This document shows, in pieces, positions 52,175-64,000 of a stretch of DNA of 64,000 nucleotides. The stretch's first letter is position 1. Every line of letters starts with the position of its first letter. Position numbers and translations under genes: made by a program. The DNA lies in NCBI RefSeq assembly GCF_002105155.1, contig NW_019029002.1:310001-374000 (forward strand). Reading direction: 5' to 3'. This DNA comes from Lobosporangium transversale (Eukaryota). The notes under the pieces are model-generated. The model ran no database searches and had not been told where the DNA came from. It saw only the letters and a list, made by a program, of their open reading frames with translations.

Positions 52175-54496
52175 CTTGATCTCGATCTTTTTTCTTTTAC
52201 AAGGAGCGAAACAAAAAATCCTTGGAGCTCCTTATTATCAATTATAAGAATGACAAGGAAAAGGAAAAAAAGAAAAAGAAAAAAGAAAAAAAAAGAGCAG
52301 AGAAGAAAAGGAAAGGATGTGTTAAAGTAATGAAGGAATAACCAGAAGTAAAACAAAAGAGAAAAAAAAAGAGAAGGAGATCTTGGGGACCAGGCTGTGT
52401 GGCAAAAGCAATTGATGATGGGCGAGGGGGGCGAGGGCGATGATGGAGGGGGAGAGCGAGGGCAAACAGTTGCTTTAAATTGAGAGCGGAAGGATTTTCT
52501 TTTTTGTGCAACCAATTGGCCCATTTCCCAGCCACACAATTTACCCCACCAACCTCTTAGTCTGTCTATTAGAACAATTCATGCATAAAACTAGACAGCG
52601 CTGTAGCTCCGTTTCCTTTGGTATGTGTTGACTTCATCCACTAGGCACAGGTCATGCACATCGTGTAAATGGAAAGAAAGAGAGACTCGCTTATGCCAAA
52701 AGCTGTATATAATATACAGAACAAGTGATGCTGTGCATGTGTATAGTACTCGCAGTTTCTCAATAGAATGAAGGCATAAATAATTCTCATCGAAATGAAA
52801 AAGTCTTTCTTGGAATGCACTGCCACACCACGTCTCCATTTACGCTTGTTTGGGAGCCCTCGTTTCGCGACGCGTTAAAAAAAAAAAAAAAAAAAAAAAA
52901 AAGCCAAATGCAGACAAAAGCAGGCTTTTGCAAGATGTGTGGCGGATGCTCAACGGCGCATGAACAGGCAAGACATTGGGTGGGCTATGAGAGGAAATAG
53001 GAGAACGACGAAAATCAGGGTCTATTTGAGTGGTATGACATGTGTCACCGTTTTGCCCTTGCCCGATTGACCTCGTGCCTCGTGCGAACAACAGATACAC
53101 TTTCCTATTCTCGATCAAATTCAAATTCATGCAATGCAGCAGAAGCAACTAAAGATGGGAAGCACGCTCGTGCCCAGTGGTTCGTGCACTGGTTTTTATG
53201 CGCTCGAATATGAAGGAAACTTTCATTTCCTGCCTTCACTCTGCTGTAATTCGACAACTAAAAAGTGGAGTAAACCATCATTATTGCACAACACTAGGCA
53301 TAAGACCTAAGACCAGTAGGCTTGGCAGACGCAGGAACAAGCTTGCGAAAATAAGATGCACACAGACCACAAGCCTTGTAAAAATGTCATTATTGCCATT
53401 TTTCTTTTTTTTTTTTTCCTTCTTCTAGCCAGTTTGGTTCTTTGAAAGGAGAACTTGTCTCGATTATGCAACGTCCCGATCTCTGTTTTATGCGTGTCTT
53501 ATCAATCTCCCCCCTAAATTTGGGGAACACTGCAACAGCTCAATCTGGGTGACAAGCGGTACAACATGCCTGGAACGAGAGAAGATGCGGAGACTGACCC
53601 AAAGTAGCGCACAATTAAAAAGAGGCTCAAGACTATTTCCAGGGAACGGATGACTGTGCCACAAAGATGTGCATATCACTACAACCACGAGTATAAAAGA
53701 TGAGAGACAGGGCGAGGAAGGAGTGGGAGAGAGAATATGCCACGGGACCTTATGCATTGATCTTTTTTACTCGTATGCGTCCATTGATGGCTCATGAGAA
53801 GGGAGGGAGGAAGAAAAGGAAGGAGGGAAGTAAGGAAGGAAGGAAGGAAGGGAGAGAACACAGTGTTGTAATTCAACAATTTGGTCCATGGTTGATCTGT
53901 CCCCCTTCCTCTGCCCCGTCTTCCTTTCGTTTTTTTTTTTTTTTTTTTTTTTACATAAATATTCGCTTACATCTGTCCTTTTATATCCCATCCCATTCGA
54001 GCCTTGGCCATGAACTTGATCAAGCAGGGTTAAAGACTTCCTTTAGTCTCTTCACTCCCTCGTCCTTTACTCCCTTCACTCCCTCGCCTGTCCCACTTTC
54101 GCTTTCTCTGCTCTCTTCTTATGCCACACACAGTTTTTTACGCCATTAGATAATCTCTTTCCTTAACCTCATTCCTATCCTCACAGAGGAGCACTGCCTC
54201 CCTTCTATTATTCTATTAAACATCCCTTGATTGACCATCTTTTCGTACCTTCACACTATCCTTTTTTTATTCACGTAATATTAATGCATTGTACCTTTGC
54301 TAGTCATCAAGGTCAAGGTTAGTTAGTTTTTTTTATTATTTTTATTATTTTTTTTATTTTTTTAGCTGATAGTGCAATACACGTTTTTGCATTCTCAAGC
54401 CAATTCCATTTTCTTGACTTGTATTGATGTTACAAATGGGATAAACAAAAAGGACACGAACATCCCGATACCCTCTCCCCTAGATTTTCCTGCAAA

Positions 54497-54532
<36 letters not shown>

Positions 54533-55993
54533 TTATGCTGAATATATTAATATTTTTTATGCTTTACGAAATGGTGTGGGTGATCATGACTACTATGATA
54601 AATGGCCATCAAGAAGACGCCATTTTTATTTTCTTATTCAGATATCAGTCGTAGAAACAGTCAATTTATCAAAATGCTTATGGATTTAGTCACAGGTACC
54701 TGGAGCATGAACGATCATCATCATTTTCTCCTGCATTGATTAGGAATAAAGAAAAGGATGTTACTGTCTCTTTGTGTCATCAAATACCCTCTTGACCTAT
54801 TTTTTTTTTCTTCCTCCTTTTTGTTCCCTTACCCCTGTACTTGAAAACACGAAACAAAGGACGGCAGACAGGTAAAATGGGAGAAATGGCAGACAGATAC
54901 ACACTTAGTTTCATCCCCTTTCTGAGAACATTTTCATCTTTTATTCATTAACTCTCTCATTCTCTTCTTGTAAGAAAATAGTCTTTTTTTTTTTTTTTTT
55001 TTTTTTTTTTGTTACTCTGGTTGACATGAGACAAGCATTACATCGCTTTGACCAAGTGAATAAGAACAATAAAATATGATAAAAAAAGTTGAAAGCTGAA
55101 TCTCTTGATCTGCTCGAAATCTCTCTTCCATCTTTCATACCTTCAAAAAAGATACACCGCATTGTTACCCCATAATTCATTCGACTGACAAGTCATACAA
55201 AGTAAAAAGTACAAAGGGTCTCAGCACCCTGTATGAAGAAATTATATAAGAGTTTACGCATTCACTTCGTTCCTTTTTGCGTCGTCATTTTTATTTTTTT
55301 TTTATTTTTTTTTTTTTTTCCTTTTCAACTTTCATCGTATACCCTTTGCATCTCTTTCTCTCTGTCCCAAACTCATATATCTTCTATATTGATTTTCATA
55401 TATTCCTTTTCGTAGTCGTGTCTTTTATCATCTCCAGGTCTATCTGGCACCCTTCCATCCTCCGCAGTCTCTCTCACATCTCGACTGTGTGTTCAGTCGA
55501 GACACATTATTAAACGTAACATCGCAACCAAAACACAGAAAACAACTCCTCAACAACACAACAAACATCATCTCCAAGAGACATTGATAGCTCCGCATAA
55601 AAAGGTATACACGTCTTCTTTGCCATGGATGCGATTTATCAGAAGCACTAGGTTTGCAGTCAAGAACAAAAAGACATCACTTTCCCCATTCTTTCCCTCT
55701 TCCCTACCCCCGCTCCTTACTCCCTCCTCCCCCTCTCTCCTTTCTCCTTTCTTCAAATGTACACAAGACTATCTTCCAATCTTTATTCTGTACCACCGAT
55801 CAAACTATTCATGCGTAATGCTTCAACAAGAAAAATAATAATAATAATAATAAAAAATAGACCACGTCGCCACTCTTTTATTTCATTTTATTTTATTTTA
55901 CTTATTTTTCACTTCACGTATCCTTAATATTCTTAATCTTATATTTTGCTACTCTTTATTCCTCCTTGTAACACACACTAGAGGCAATTAACC

Positions 55994-58900
55994 ATGTTTA
56001 CTCAGATCAAAGTATCTTTTCTGGAAGATGGTCGTAAACAGGGCCGGCTTTTCGATTTCGATACACATTTCACGTGTCGACTTGCTGTTGAACAGGTAGG
56101 TGATGTAGAATAACCTATAAAAGATAGAGACAGGACTGGAGTTCCCAATCTAACTCCTTTTCGGAACCACATCACTTCGCCACTGTAATCTTTTGCCTCG
56201 GACAATGATAATCATAGGTTTGTTCCTCACTCTCCATACCCGAAGACTGGACCTTCGCAATGTATGCATTTAAAAGCATGACGTTTGTTTAAATCAAGGC
56301 TATCTACTCTCAATATAAGGCTATGCAAACGATTGCTTACTAGGCTTGTCTTATATACTCTTAATAAAAATGAATTATAGGTATAGCAAGAAGCATGGTG
56401 GGTGGATTCATGATGATACACGACTTATAGATATTGCATTCAAGAATAATGTAAGACACTATTTATGCATATTCAGAAAAGAAAGACCACGTCGAACGTG
56501 GGTGCATTTTATTTTTTTAAAAAAAATGCCATTCCCAATGCGCAGCCTATCATTCCTTCCATCATATCCTGACCATAATATGTATTTTCACTTTTGATTT
56601 TACTCGTGTCGTGATGTGATACACAGAAATCACTTGAGATGCGCAAAAAGACACCTTCATACTTCGAGTCCCGTTCATGCGCATCTCTCGAACCATCCAA
56701 GGTGAGTAAGATCCTTTGATAGATTCCTCGTAATTTCCTACCTCTCAGAGCTTTAACCATGGTTCAATTCATGCTATTCATAAAAACCCGGCACTAGTCC
56801 TCATTACGTGACTCTACTATCCTTCGTGGCGCCACTTCGCCTATCGATCATCACCGCTTTTTCAACTTCTTTCGCGCCACAGACGATCAATTCATATCAA
56901 AGCTCCACACTGGAAGCATCTATCTCTCGCTTGTCGTTATTAATAGTGATAACAAGGTCCTCCTTAGTCCGAGCGGACTCCCTCCAACTGTTCTCATCTC
57001 AACAGTTGCAGGCCTTGCTAGCTACTACAACTTCGATTCTGAGTCTTCAGACTTTGCGTGGATGTTCAAGACAACGCTGGATTGGGCTACGGACCCTGCA
57101 TCCAACTTGAACAAAATCCGTCTTCAAGAAGAGCACAACCGCCGGTCAGGGACCGTATCGCCTGAACCAAGGCCCCTGTCGCCCAGTTTACTTATTGCAG
57201 CCGTCAATTCAACACTGTCTCCTCCATCTTCAAGGGGATCATGCCCAAAATCCAAGCGAGGAAGCGTCAGCAGCACAACCGGCTCAACCACTAATAACAA
57301 CAGCAGCAATAATAATAATGAAAAGGCCAATAGCGGCAACTCCAGTAGTAACGGTACCACCATGTTCAAACACTCGGCGGCGAGTTCTGTTTCATTCGAT
57401 CGTGTATCAATCACGTCCGACTATTCTATGCGCCATACAGCATCTATTTATGAATATGTAGATCGAAGACGCGATTACAGAGGCGAGAATGCATTACGTC
57501 AAGAGTATGTCGCAGCCGTAGATGAGCTGCAACGGAAGTTAGGCTGCCCGCCTATCGATCTACTATACGATAAGGTGGTGGATTTGCCCTTAGTAGGGGC
57601 CAAGGCACTGATGGCGATTCAATATGCAAAAGGATATGACGTCAGGGATCACATTGCACCGGAATTAATGCAAATGGGCTCGTTTCGATGGCGAAATATT
57701 GATTCAGTATCTAACGCTGTCTACACAAGGAAGGAAGAAATTTGGTCACAACTCACAAATTATTATGATTGCGTGCGAGGTAAGAGCAGGATCTTCTTTT
57801 AAATCTTTTTTTTTTTTTTTTTTTACGTGCTTTCCTATTGACTGTTTATTAATGCTCAAATCCAACTATCAATTACTTTCTTTGCAGTATCAAGACCCTC
57901 TCCAGGCCTCTATATTGGACTGTACTATACTGAGAGCACCATGTCTGGTTTACAGATTCTGGTCCCTCGACAGCGCAGAACATTTATTCCCATGGTTAAA
58001 TTACGGAATGATGCAGACCTGACTCCTGAAGAATGGGAATGGATCAGATCAACTGCTTCTCTAGACATTACTGAACTTGCTAGACATTGCGCAGTGCCCA
58101 AGGAAGATCCAATGTACCATCTCAAGGTCGGTTTTGCGCTTTCGACTGCAAGACTTTCTCGGCTTACACAGCTCAAATGGAATCCGGCTGATATGTATGA
58201 TCTGGACACATTGAATGTAGTGATGCAAAAAACCACACCAATACCAACAGCAGCAAACAGCAACAGCAGCGGGGGTAGCAGCACTAATGGGAATACCAGT
58301 ATCCCAGCATCGAGGCGGATGTCCCATGATTCTCACTTTTCAGCTACAGTTCCAAATCCTCAATTCTTACCTTCACCACCAATGACCGCTGATCAATCTG
58401 TAACAGCAACAACTGACCAGGGGAGAACAGCAGCACCAACAATAGTGCATGAGTTACCATTGCAGAAGCTAAGCATGGCAGCGATGGACCAGGATCCAGC
58501 CTGGAGCACCTGTATTATTGATACAGACGCCTCTAAATCATTTCGAGTGATTCTATTTGTTAAGCCAACTCGACATGCCACGCAGTCGCAAGAGAATTAC
58601 AACAAACAATTTTTCGAACTCTGCCCTTTCCCGATTTTCGATGCTCTTCACCATTCTGTATTTAACACGTCAACCTATCATCAACTCAGGAGATCGATGT
58701 TGCAGGTGACAAATGATATTGCGGATCTAGAAATCGAGCTAGAGCAAGAGCTAGAGAGGGAATTGGCACTGAAGCAGCAGCTACAGCGGGCAGCGAACAA
58801 AGAGAAATTGCTGCGCTCCAAAAAGGACGAATTTGGTGACGATTTAGATGTCAATGGTGATCTTGAACCTAGTCTGGGGGCGGCATGGGAGAAGGAGGAT

Positions 58901-60790
58901 AGAGAGGATGACTTGATGAATTCGCTCATGGTCAAAGAACTGGGCATCAAAGGTAATGAGTTGCGGCCACCTCATCCTTTGCATTCACATCTCCATCCAC
59001 ATTCACAGCTGCGATCTAGTTTTATTGGCGATGGCACAGTCGACGGAACAGACAACCATGAGGAGACAGGAGGTAGTGAATTTGGGAGAAAACCCTCTAG
59101 CGACTCATTGATGGAAACCTTTGAAGCAAGGCCCGCAGGCTCATCTGCTATCTCTCTTGCTTCATCTTTGTCTTCATTTGGGGTTGGAAACGATGCTCCG
59201 GTGAGCGCCATGGCTCTACTTTCACAAGGGGGACGCCCTACAGGATCCCGATCAGTTCGAAGTCGATCACGGTTGTCCATGATTGAGCTTGGCTCTACAA
59301 AGCTTAATAACACGAACAGCAATCCGAGAAGAGGCTCCCATCCTCAGCGAGGGATTGCAAAGGATGATGATGACGACGAAAAAGCGCTGTCATTCATGGA
59401 TATCATGCAGGATTTGGATCCAATCACCAGCGAGGCCATTCTGAGCGCTACACTCAATAGCATCAACAGCATCCAGAGCGATAGCGACTCGTCGAGTAGC
59501 AGCAGTGAGAGCGATGGTAATGACGATGATGACAATGATGATGATGATGGTAATGGCTCAGGCCCCTATGGAAGTTATGAAGACAATGGACGACGATCGA
59601 GCCTAGGCATCCATTACCAACCAAAGCGGGCGATGGATGGTAGGTCAGACAAGGCGACATTGCCTCCATTGCCAACTCTGCCTCGCCACCGTCGAAGCTA
59701 TAGCCTTGTCCAGGCAAAAGGACTTCGGATGACCTCTTCCCCAGATATCCCTAGCGCCAGTAATAGCGCTGCTGAGGCTGACGAGCTCAAAAACAATAAT
59801 GTTAGCAATGGCAAGAACAGTGGCCACAGCAATATTTATAGCAACATCAATTTCTTGTTAAGTACTGCTAGTCGCCCAGTAGCCAGCGGCAACAGTAGTG
59901 GTAATAACCGTAGAAGCACCTATAGCAATGGTAGCCCTAGTAATACCAGCATCAATGGTACCTCTATCATCACCCGAACAGCACGATCGCAAACGACGAG
60001 CCATTGCTCATTCACACACCCACAATCACAGTATTATTTTCATCAACACCATCAATATCAGCAGCCCGTGTACAAGAATAGATATCTTAGCATTAAGAAT
60101 TACCCACATTATTTAACGGATCTTCAACATCTGGAGCAGGACTTGCAGCTCCAACCACAACAACCACAACCACAACCACAGCCACAGCCGCAACAGCATT
60201 TCCATATCCGTGAGCGCCACAACAGTAGCCCCTTGAGTTTCAACAGTTATTTGATTCAACAGCCACTACATCCTTTAGCAGCAGCGCCTAATGACGATCC
60301 CACCTCATCATTCTCTAATAACGACAAAGATTTTAATATTAATGACATTGAATTGGTGAGGTTACGACAGGAGCAACAAGACTTGCAAGAGCAATGGAGA
60401 ATGGTGTCGTGGACAAGACAGCTGAATGAATGGGATCATGCACGGATGCTCAAATCTCAGGGAAATTTATTAGGAATGAGCCTTAGCCTGAATATGGGTA
60501 TGAACCTATTGACTTTAGATGATGATGATGAGAATACCAACAACGCTCATAGAGCTGAAGTTGACCTGGATTCAGCGAGAGGAGTAAGAAAAGAAGGAGG
60601 TGAAGTAGGCATCGATGCCGGTGTTCCTGTTGCTGTCGCTGTTGCTGTAGCTGTAGCTGTTGCTGCTACTGCTACTGCTAATGTTGATGATGATGATCTA
60701 GATTCTGAAACTCCTACTGCACCTGTTCCTGCACATGAAGCTTTGTTTGAGCAATTGTCAGAAAGTGAAGTCTCCCTTTCAGCTTCGTAA
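55994..60790 (+). CDS. ANKFN1/WAKE(Nmf9)-core-like protein with N-terminal ubiquitin-like (talin F0-like) domain, ~1391 aa
   Basis: Exons 55994-56095, 56218-56261, 56381-56450, 56627-56701, 56798-57779, 57888-60790; all GT-AG and in phase, totalling 4176 nt. Motifs: FISKLHTGSIYLSLVV, SSDFAWMFK, PGLYIGLYY, PMVKLRNDADLTPEEWEWI, CPFPIFDALHH. The gene structure is well supported; the family call is by motif recall. Confidence 0.7.
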
Positions 60791-61531
60791 ATGATAATAA
60801 TAATAAAAAAAGAAAGATTGCAGCAATATCGTTCCGAGGATAAGGTCGTTGAACCTACTCTTTTCAGAGCATTTTTTCTTTTAAACTTTAAGGTCTTGAT
60901 TAGTCACATGAATAGGAATGGTTAACAAGTGATAAATGAGTCGATCAAACAATGGGGTCCAATTTGGATCCCGAAAGAGATAAAACACCACAAAGCTTTC
61001 TATTGTATTTTTTTAAGAGTATCTGAATAAGTACTCTATTGGTTACAGTTACCAATGTAGACACTTGTCAGGCGATTGGCGATTTTGAGTGTGGGAAGAA
61101 AATTGCTACCTTCCTAATTTGGGTCGAGTGAGGTACAAGTCAAAAAAAAAAAAAAAAAAAAAGAGTCATCAACTGCGAGAAACGAGCCCACGGACTAGAT
61201 GTCATTGAAGCTTTGTCTAATACATCGAGACAAGTACCTATCAAAACTAAAGAGATGTATCGTCAACCGAATCCATTGAAAGTAAAAGAAGGAGGAAGGA
61301 AGGGACGGAAGGAAGGAAGCGTGACAGTTGATCATAATACCCCACATTATACACATTTATAACCTACATGTTAATCCTTTGTCCTTTTTTTTTTTTTTTT
61401 TTTTTTTTCTCTTTCTTCTATTACCCCATTGTTACTCTCATTCATTCATTCGTTCATCCGTTCATTCTTTCCACTCATTCTTTCTACTCCACTCTTTTAT
61501 TCATACTCCTCAAACATATACTCCATTCATA

Positions 61532-62135
61532 ATGTCCCTTCGCGTTCTCACAAAGGCCATCAAGCCCACCATGGTTGCCAACGTGCGCACCATGGCCTCA
61601 AAATCAAAAGGTAAAAATTGATCATGTCTGATGAATGACCATGTGATTCATTTCAGCTCCTTGTATTTACATTTTTCAAACTTTTCACACGCCTCCATGA
61701 ATTGATACAAACCTATGAAGCATTCGTCAAGTATGACTGGACCGATCCTCTCAACTTGAACTCACTCCTCACTGAGGAGGAGATTGCTGTCAGGTAAATA
61801 ATATTGTAAAAAAAAAATAAAATAAAAATAAATACATCCTCCTTGGATCATACTTCAACTGATTCTGACTTGCCCAATTTAATCCGTTTGGGGACGTAAC
61901 TTATAGAGACGTTGCTCGTGAGTATTGTCAGGAGAAGTTGATGCCTCGCGTTACTAAAGCCAACCGCATTGAACAGTTTGATCGCGAGATCTTGTCCGAG
62001 ATGGGTGAACTTGGTCTCTTGGGATCTACTATTCAGGGCTATGGTTGTGCTGGTGTCTCATCTGTCGCATACGGTCTCACTGCCCGTGAGGTTGAGAGGT
62101 AAGCCATGTAAACCAGTCCTTCATACCACACAGCT

Positions 62136-62169
<34 letters not shown>

Positions 62170-63289
62170 TATTGTTGAACACAAGTGGCATATCCAATGT
62201 TTGAAGGTACAAGGAACCGAACTAATACTCACAATGATGATCTATTGACAATACAACAAATTAGAGTTGACAGTGGCTATCGTTCAGCCATGAGTGTCCA
62301 GTCTTCGCTAGTCATGCATCCCATTTATGCCTATGGTACTGAGGCTCAGAAGGAGAAGTGGTTACCTCGATTGGGTAAGTGTGCTCCTTGCTACAACTGT
62401 ATTTGAAACCGGGATAGTGACATCTATAATCTATTTGTTTATTTATTCATCTATCTCTTCTTTCGTCCGTCTTTTAGCTAAGGGAGAAATAGTTGGATGC
62501 TTCGGACTAACTGAGCCCAACCACGGTTCAGACCCTGGTTCTATGGAGACTGTTGCCAAGAAGGTCAATGGCCACTATGTTCTCAGCGGCTCCAAGACCT
62601 GGATTACCAACTCACCTATTGCTGATGTGTTTGTTATCTGGGCCAAGGATCAGTCCGATGGCAATAAGATCAAGGGTTTTGTCCTCGAGAAAGGCATGAA
62701 AGGTCTCTCTGCTCCCAAAATCGAGGGCAAGTTCTCACTCCGTGCTTCAATCACAGGAATGATCATGATGGATGATGTCGAAGTCCCGGCAGAGAATTTG
62801 TTGCCCAATGTTCACGGTCTCAAGGGACCTTTTGGATGTCTCAACAATGCTCGCTTCGGGATTGCGTGGGGCGCACTCGGCGCTGCTGAGTTCTGCTTGG
62901 CTCAAGCAAGGGAATACACTCTGAACCGTAAGCAGTTTGGTGTTCCATTGGCTCGCTTCCAATTGATCCAGAAGAAGATGGCCGATGCCAATACAGAGAT
63001 TGCGATTGGTCTCCAAGCATGTTTGCAGGTTGGACGTCTCAAGGATGAGGGCAAGATTGCGCCAGAAATGATCTCAATGATTAAGCGCAATTCGTGTGGA
63101 AAGGCATTGGAAATTGCTAGAAACTCAAGAGATATGTTGGGAGGCAATGGTATCAGCGATGAATACCATATTATTCGCCATGTCATGAACTTGGAGGCCG
63201 TTAATACATACGAGGGTACCCATGATGTCCATGCATTGATCTTGGGTCGTGCCATCACCGGTTTAGCCTCCTTCAGTGCCACTGATTAA
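61532..63289 (+). CDS. GCDH: Glutaryl-CoA dehydrogenase, mitochondrial, multi-exon
   Basis: Presequence [103 protein letters not shown]. Confidence 0.96.
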
Positions 63290-63453
63290 AAACAACAGAG
63301 AGAAATAGAAACAATACGTTCCTTATCATCATAGCTTAGCTTATTTCATTTGCCACCATGAAATTTGTTTTTTTTTTAAGCCAGTCGCTCCATATTGTGT
63401 TTATTGATAAAAAAAAAAATAGTAATAAAGAGCTCATAGACCTGCTCATTCCT

Positions 63454-63953
63454 TCACTCAGCTCGTTGAGTATCGTCTGATGTTACTTTTTTGAGAGTGA
63501 GTTGCGGTGCGGGTGGAATGGATCCAAGATCCTTTACATAGGGCAAAAAATTAACTTGCGGCCGATAGCCATACATCCGCTTCAAGACGATTTGCCAGAT
63601 AAACACCGGCATGTTTTTCAAGAGAAGCCGCAGGAATGCATTTATAAGGCTCTTCAAAACAAAAACAAAAAAAAAGAAAAAAGAAAAAAAAAGAGATGAA
63701 GCGGACAAAGCTAACAAAGTAAGGAAATATACAGAGTCCCTTTTTCCTTTTTTATTACCTTTCCAAGGATGCGACCCATATAATAGCTAGTATTATATGA
63801 GGTTTTAGAAAGTGGATATCGCTCTTCACGGTACCGTCTGAAGGCTTGAGTGATGCTATTGGGTTCTATATCTGTTAGGTCATAAAGCACATTGGCAAGG
63901 GCCACCGCATCATGAATCGCACTGACGGCTCCAAGGCCACCATTAGGATGCAA
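63454..63953 (-). CDS. 3' part of FAD-dependent monooxygenase (FAD_binding_3 type); 5' end beyond the window
   Basis: Exons 63953-63759 and 63651-63454. LHPNGGLGAVSAIHDAVALANVL (post-GD motif), FRRYREERYP, RPQVNFLP. Confidence 0.8.
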
Positions 63954-64000
63954 CTGTTTGGTTATAAAATGCAGGGGTAATATATAAAATATATTATTAT

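Noticed and set aside
60954..60972. Short hairpin GGGTCCAA-T-TTGGATCC downstream of the WAKE-like gene
   Set aside because: Too short to distinguish from chance.

Overview
Gene-dense, intron-rich fungal genomic DNA. The lineage is most likely Mortierellaceae, inferred from a lineage-typical LRR-like gene and an FAD-monooxygenase family. I hand-spliced 19 protein-coding genes: a very long glycogenin, New1/Elf1, MSH1, GUK1, a YANK/STK32 kinase, RPL1, RPC11, AP-1 beta adaptin, a Wee1/Myt1-type kinase, FTR1, GET2, MRP49, a DDT/WHIM chromatin protein, DSK2, a Tea1/Kel1 kelch protein, an LRR-like protein, an ANKFN1/WAKE-like protein, glutaryl-CoA dehydrogenase and a partial FAD monooxygenase. I found no rRNA, tRNA, CRISPR array or intact transposon. 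Four observations stand out. (1) A 6-exon, ~1391-aa gene carries what looks like the conserved core of animal ANKFN1/wide-awake, behind a micro-exon-encoded talin-F0-like domain. (2) A divergently transcribed protein combines a module resembling the C-terminal domain of LRR-Roc-COR proteins with an LRR-like array and no NTPase, a possible immune receptor. (3) Two GC-AG introns occur, one in RPL1 with a competing out-of-frame GT donor. (4) The glycogenin has a >900-aa tail with repeated NAWD motifs and a His-rich block. All homology calls are by eye from remembered motifs; no database search was run.
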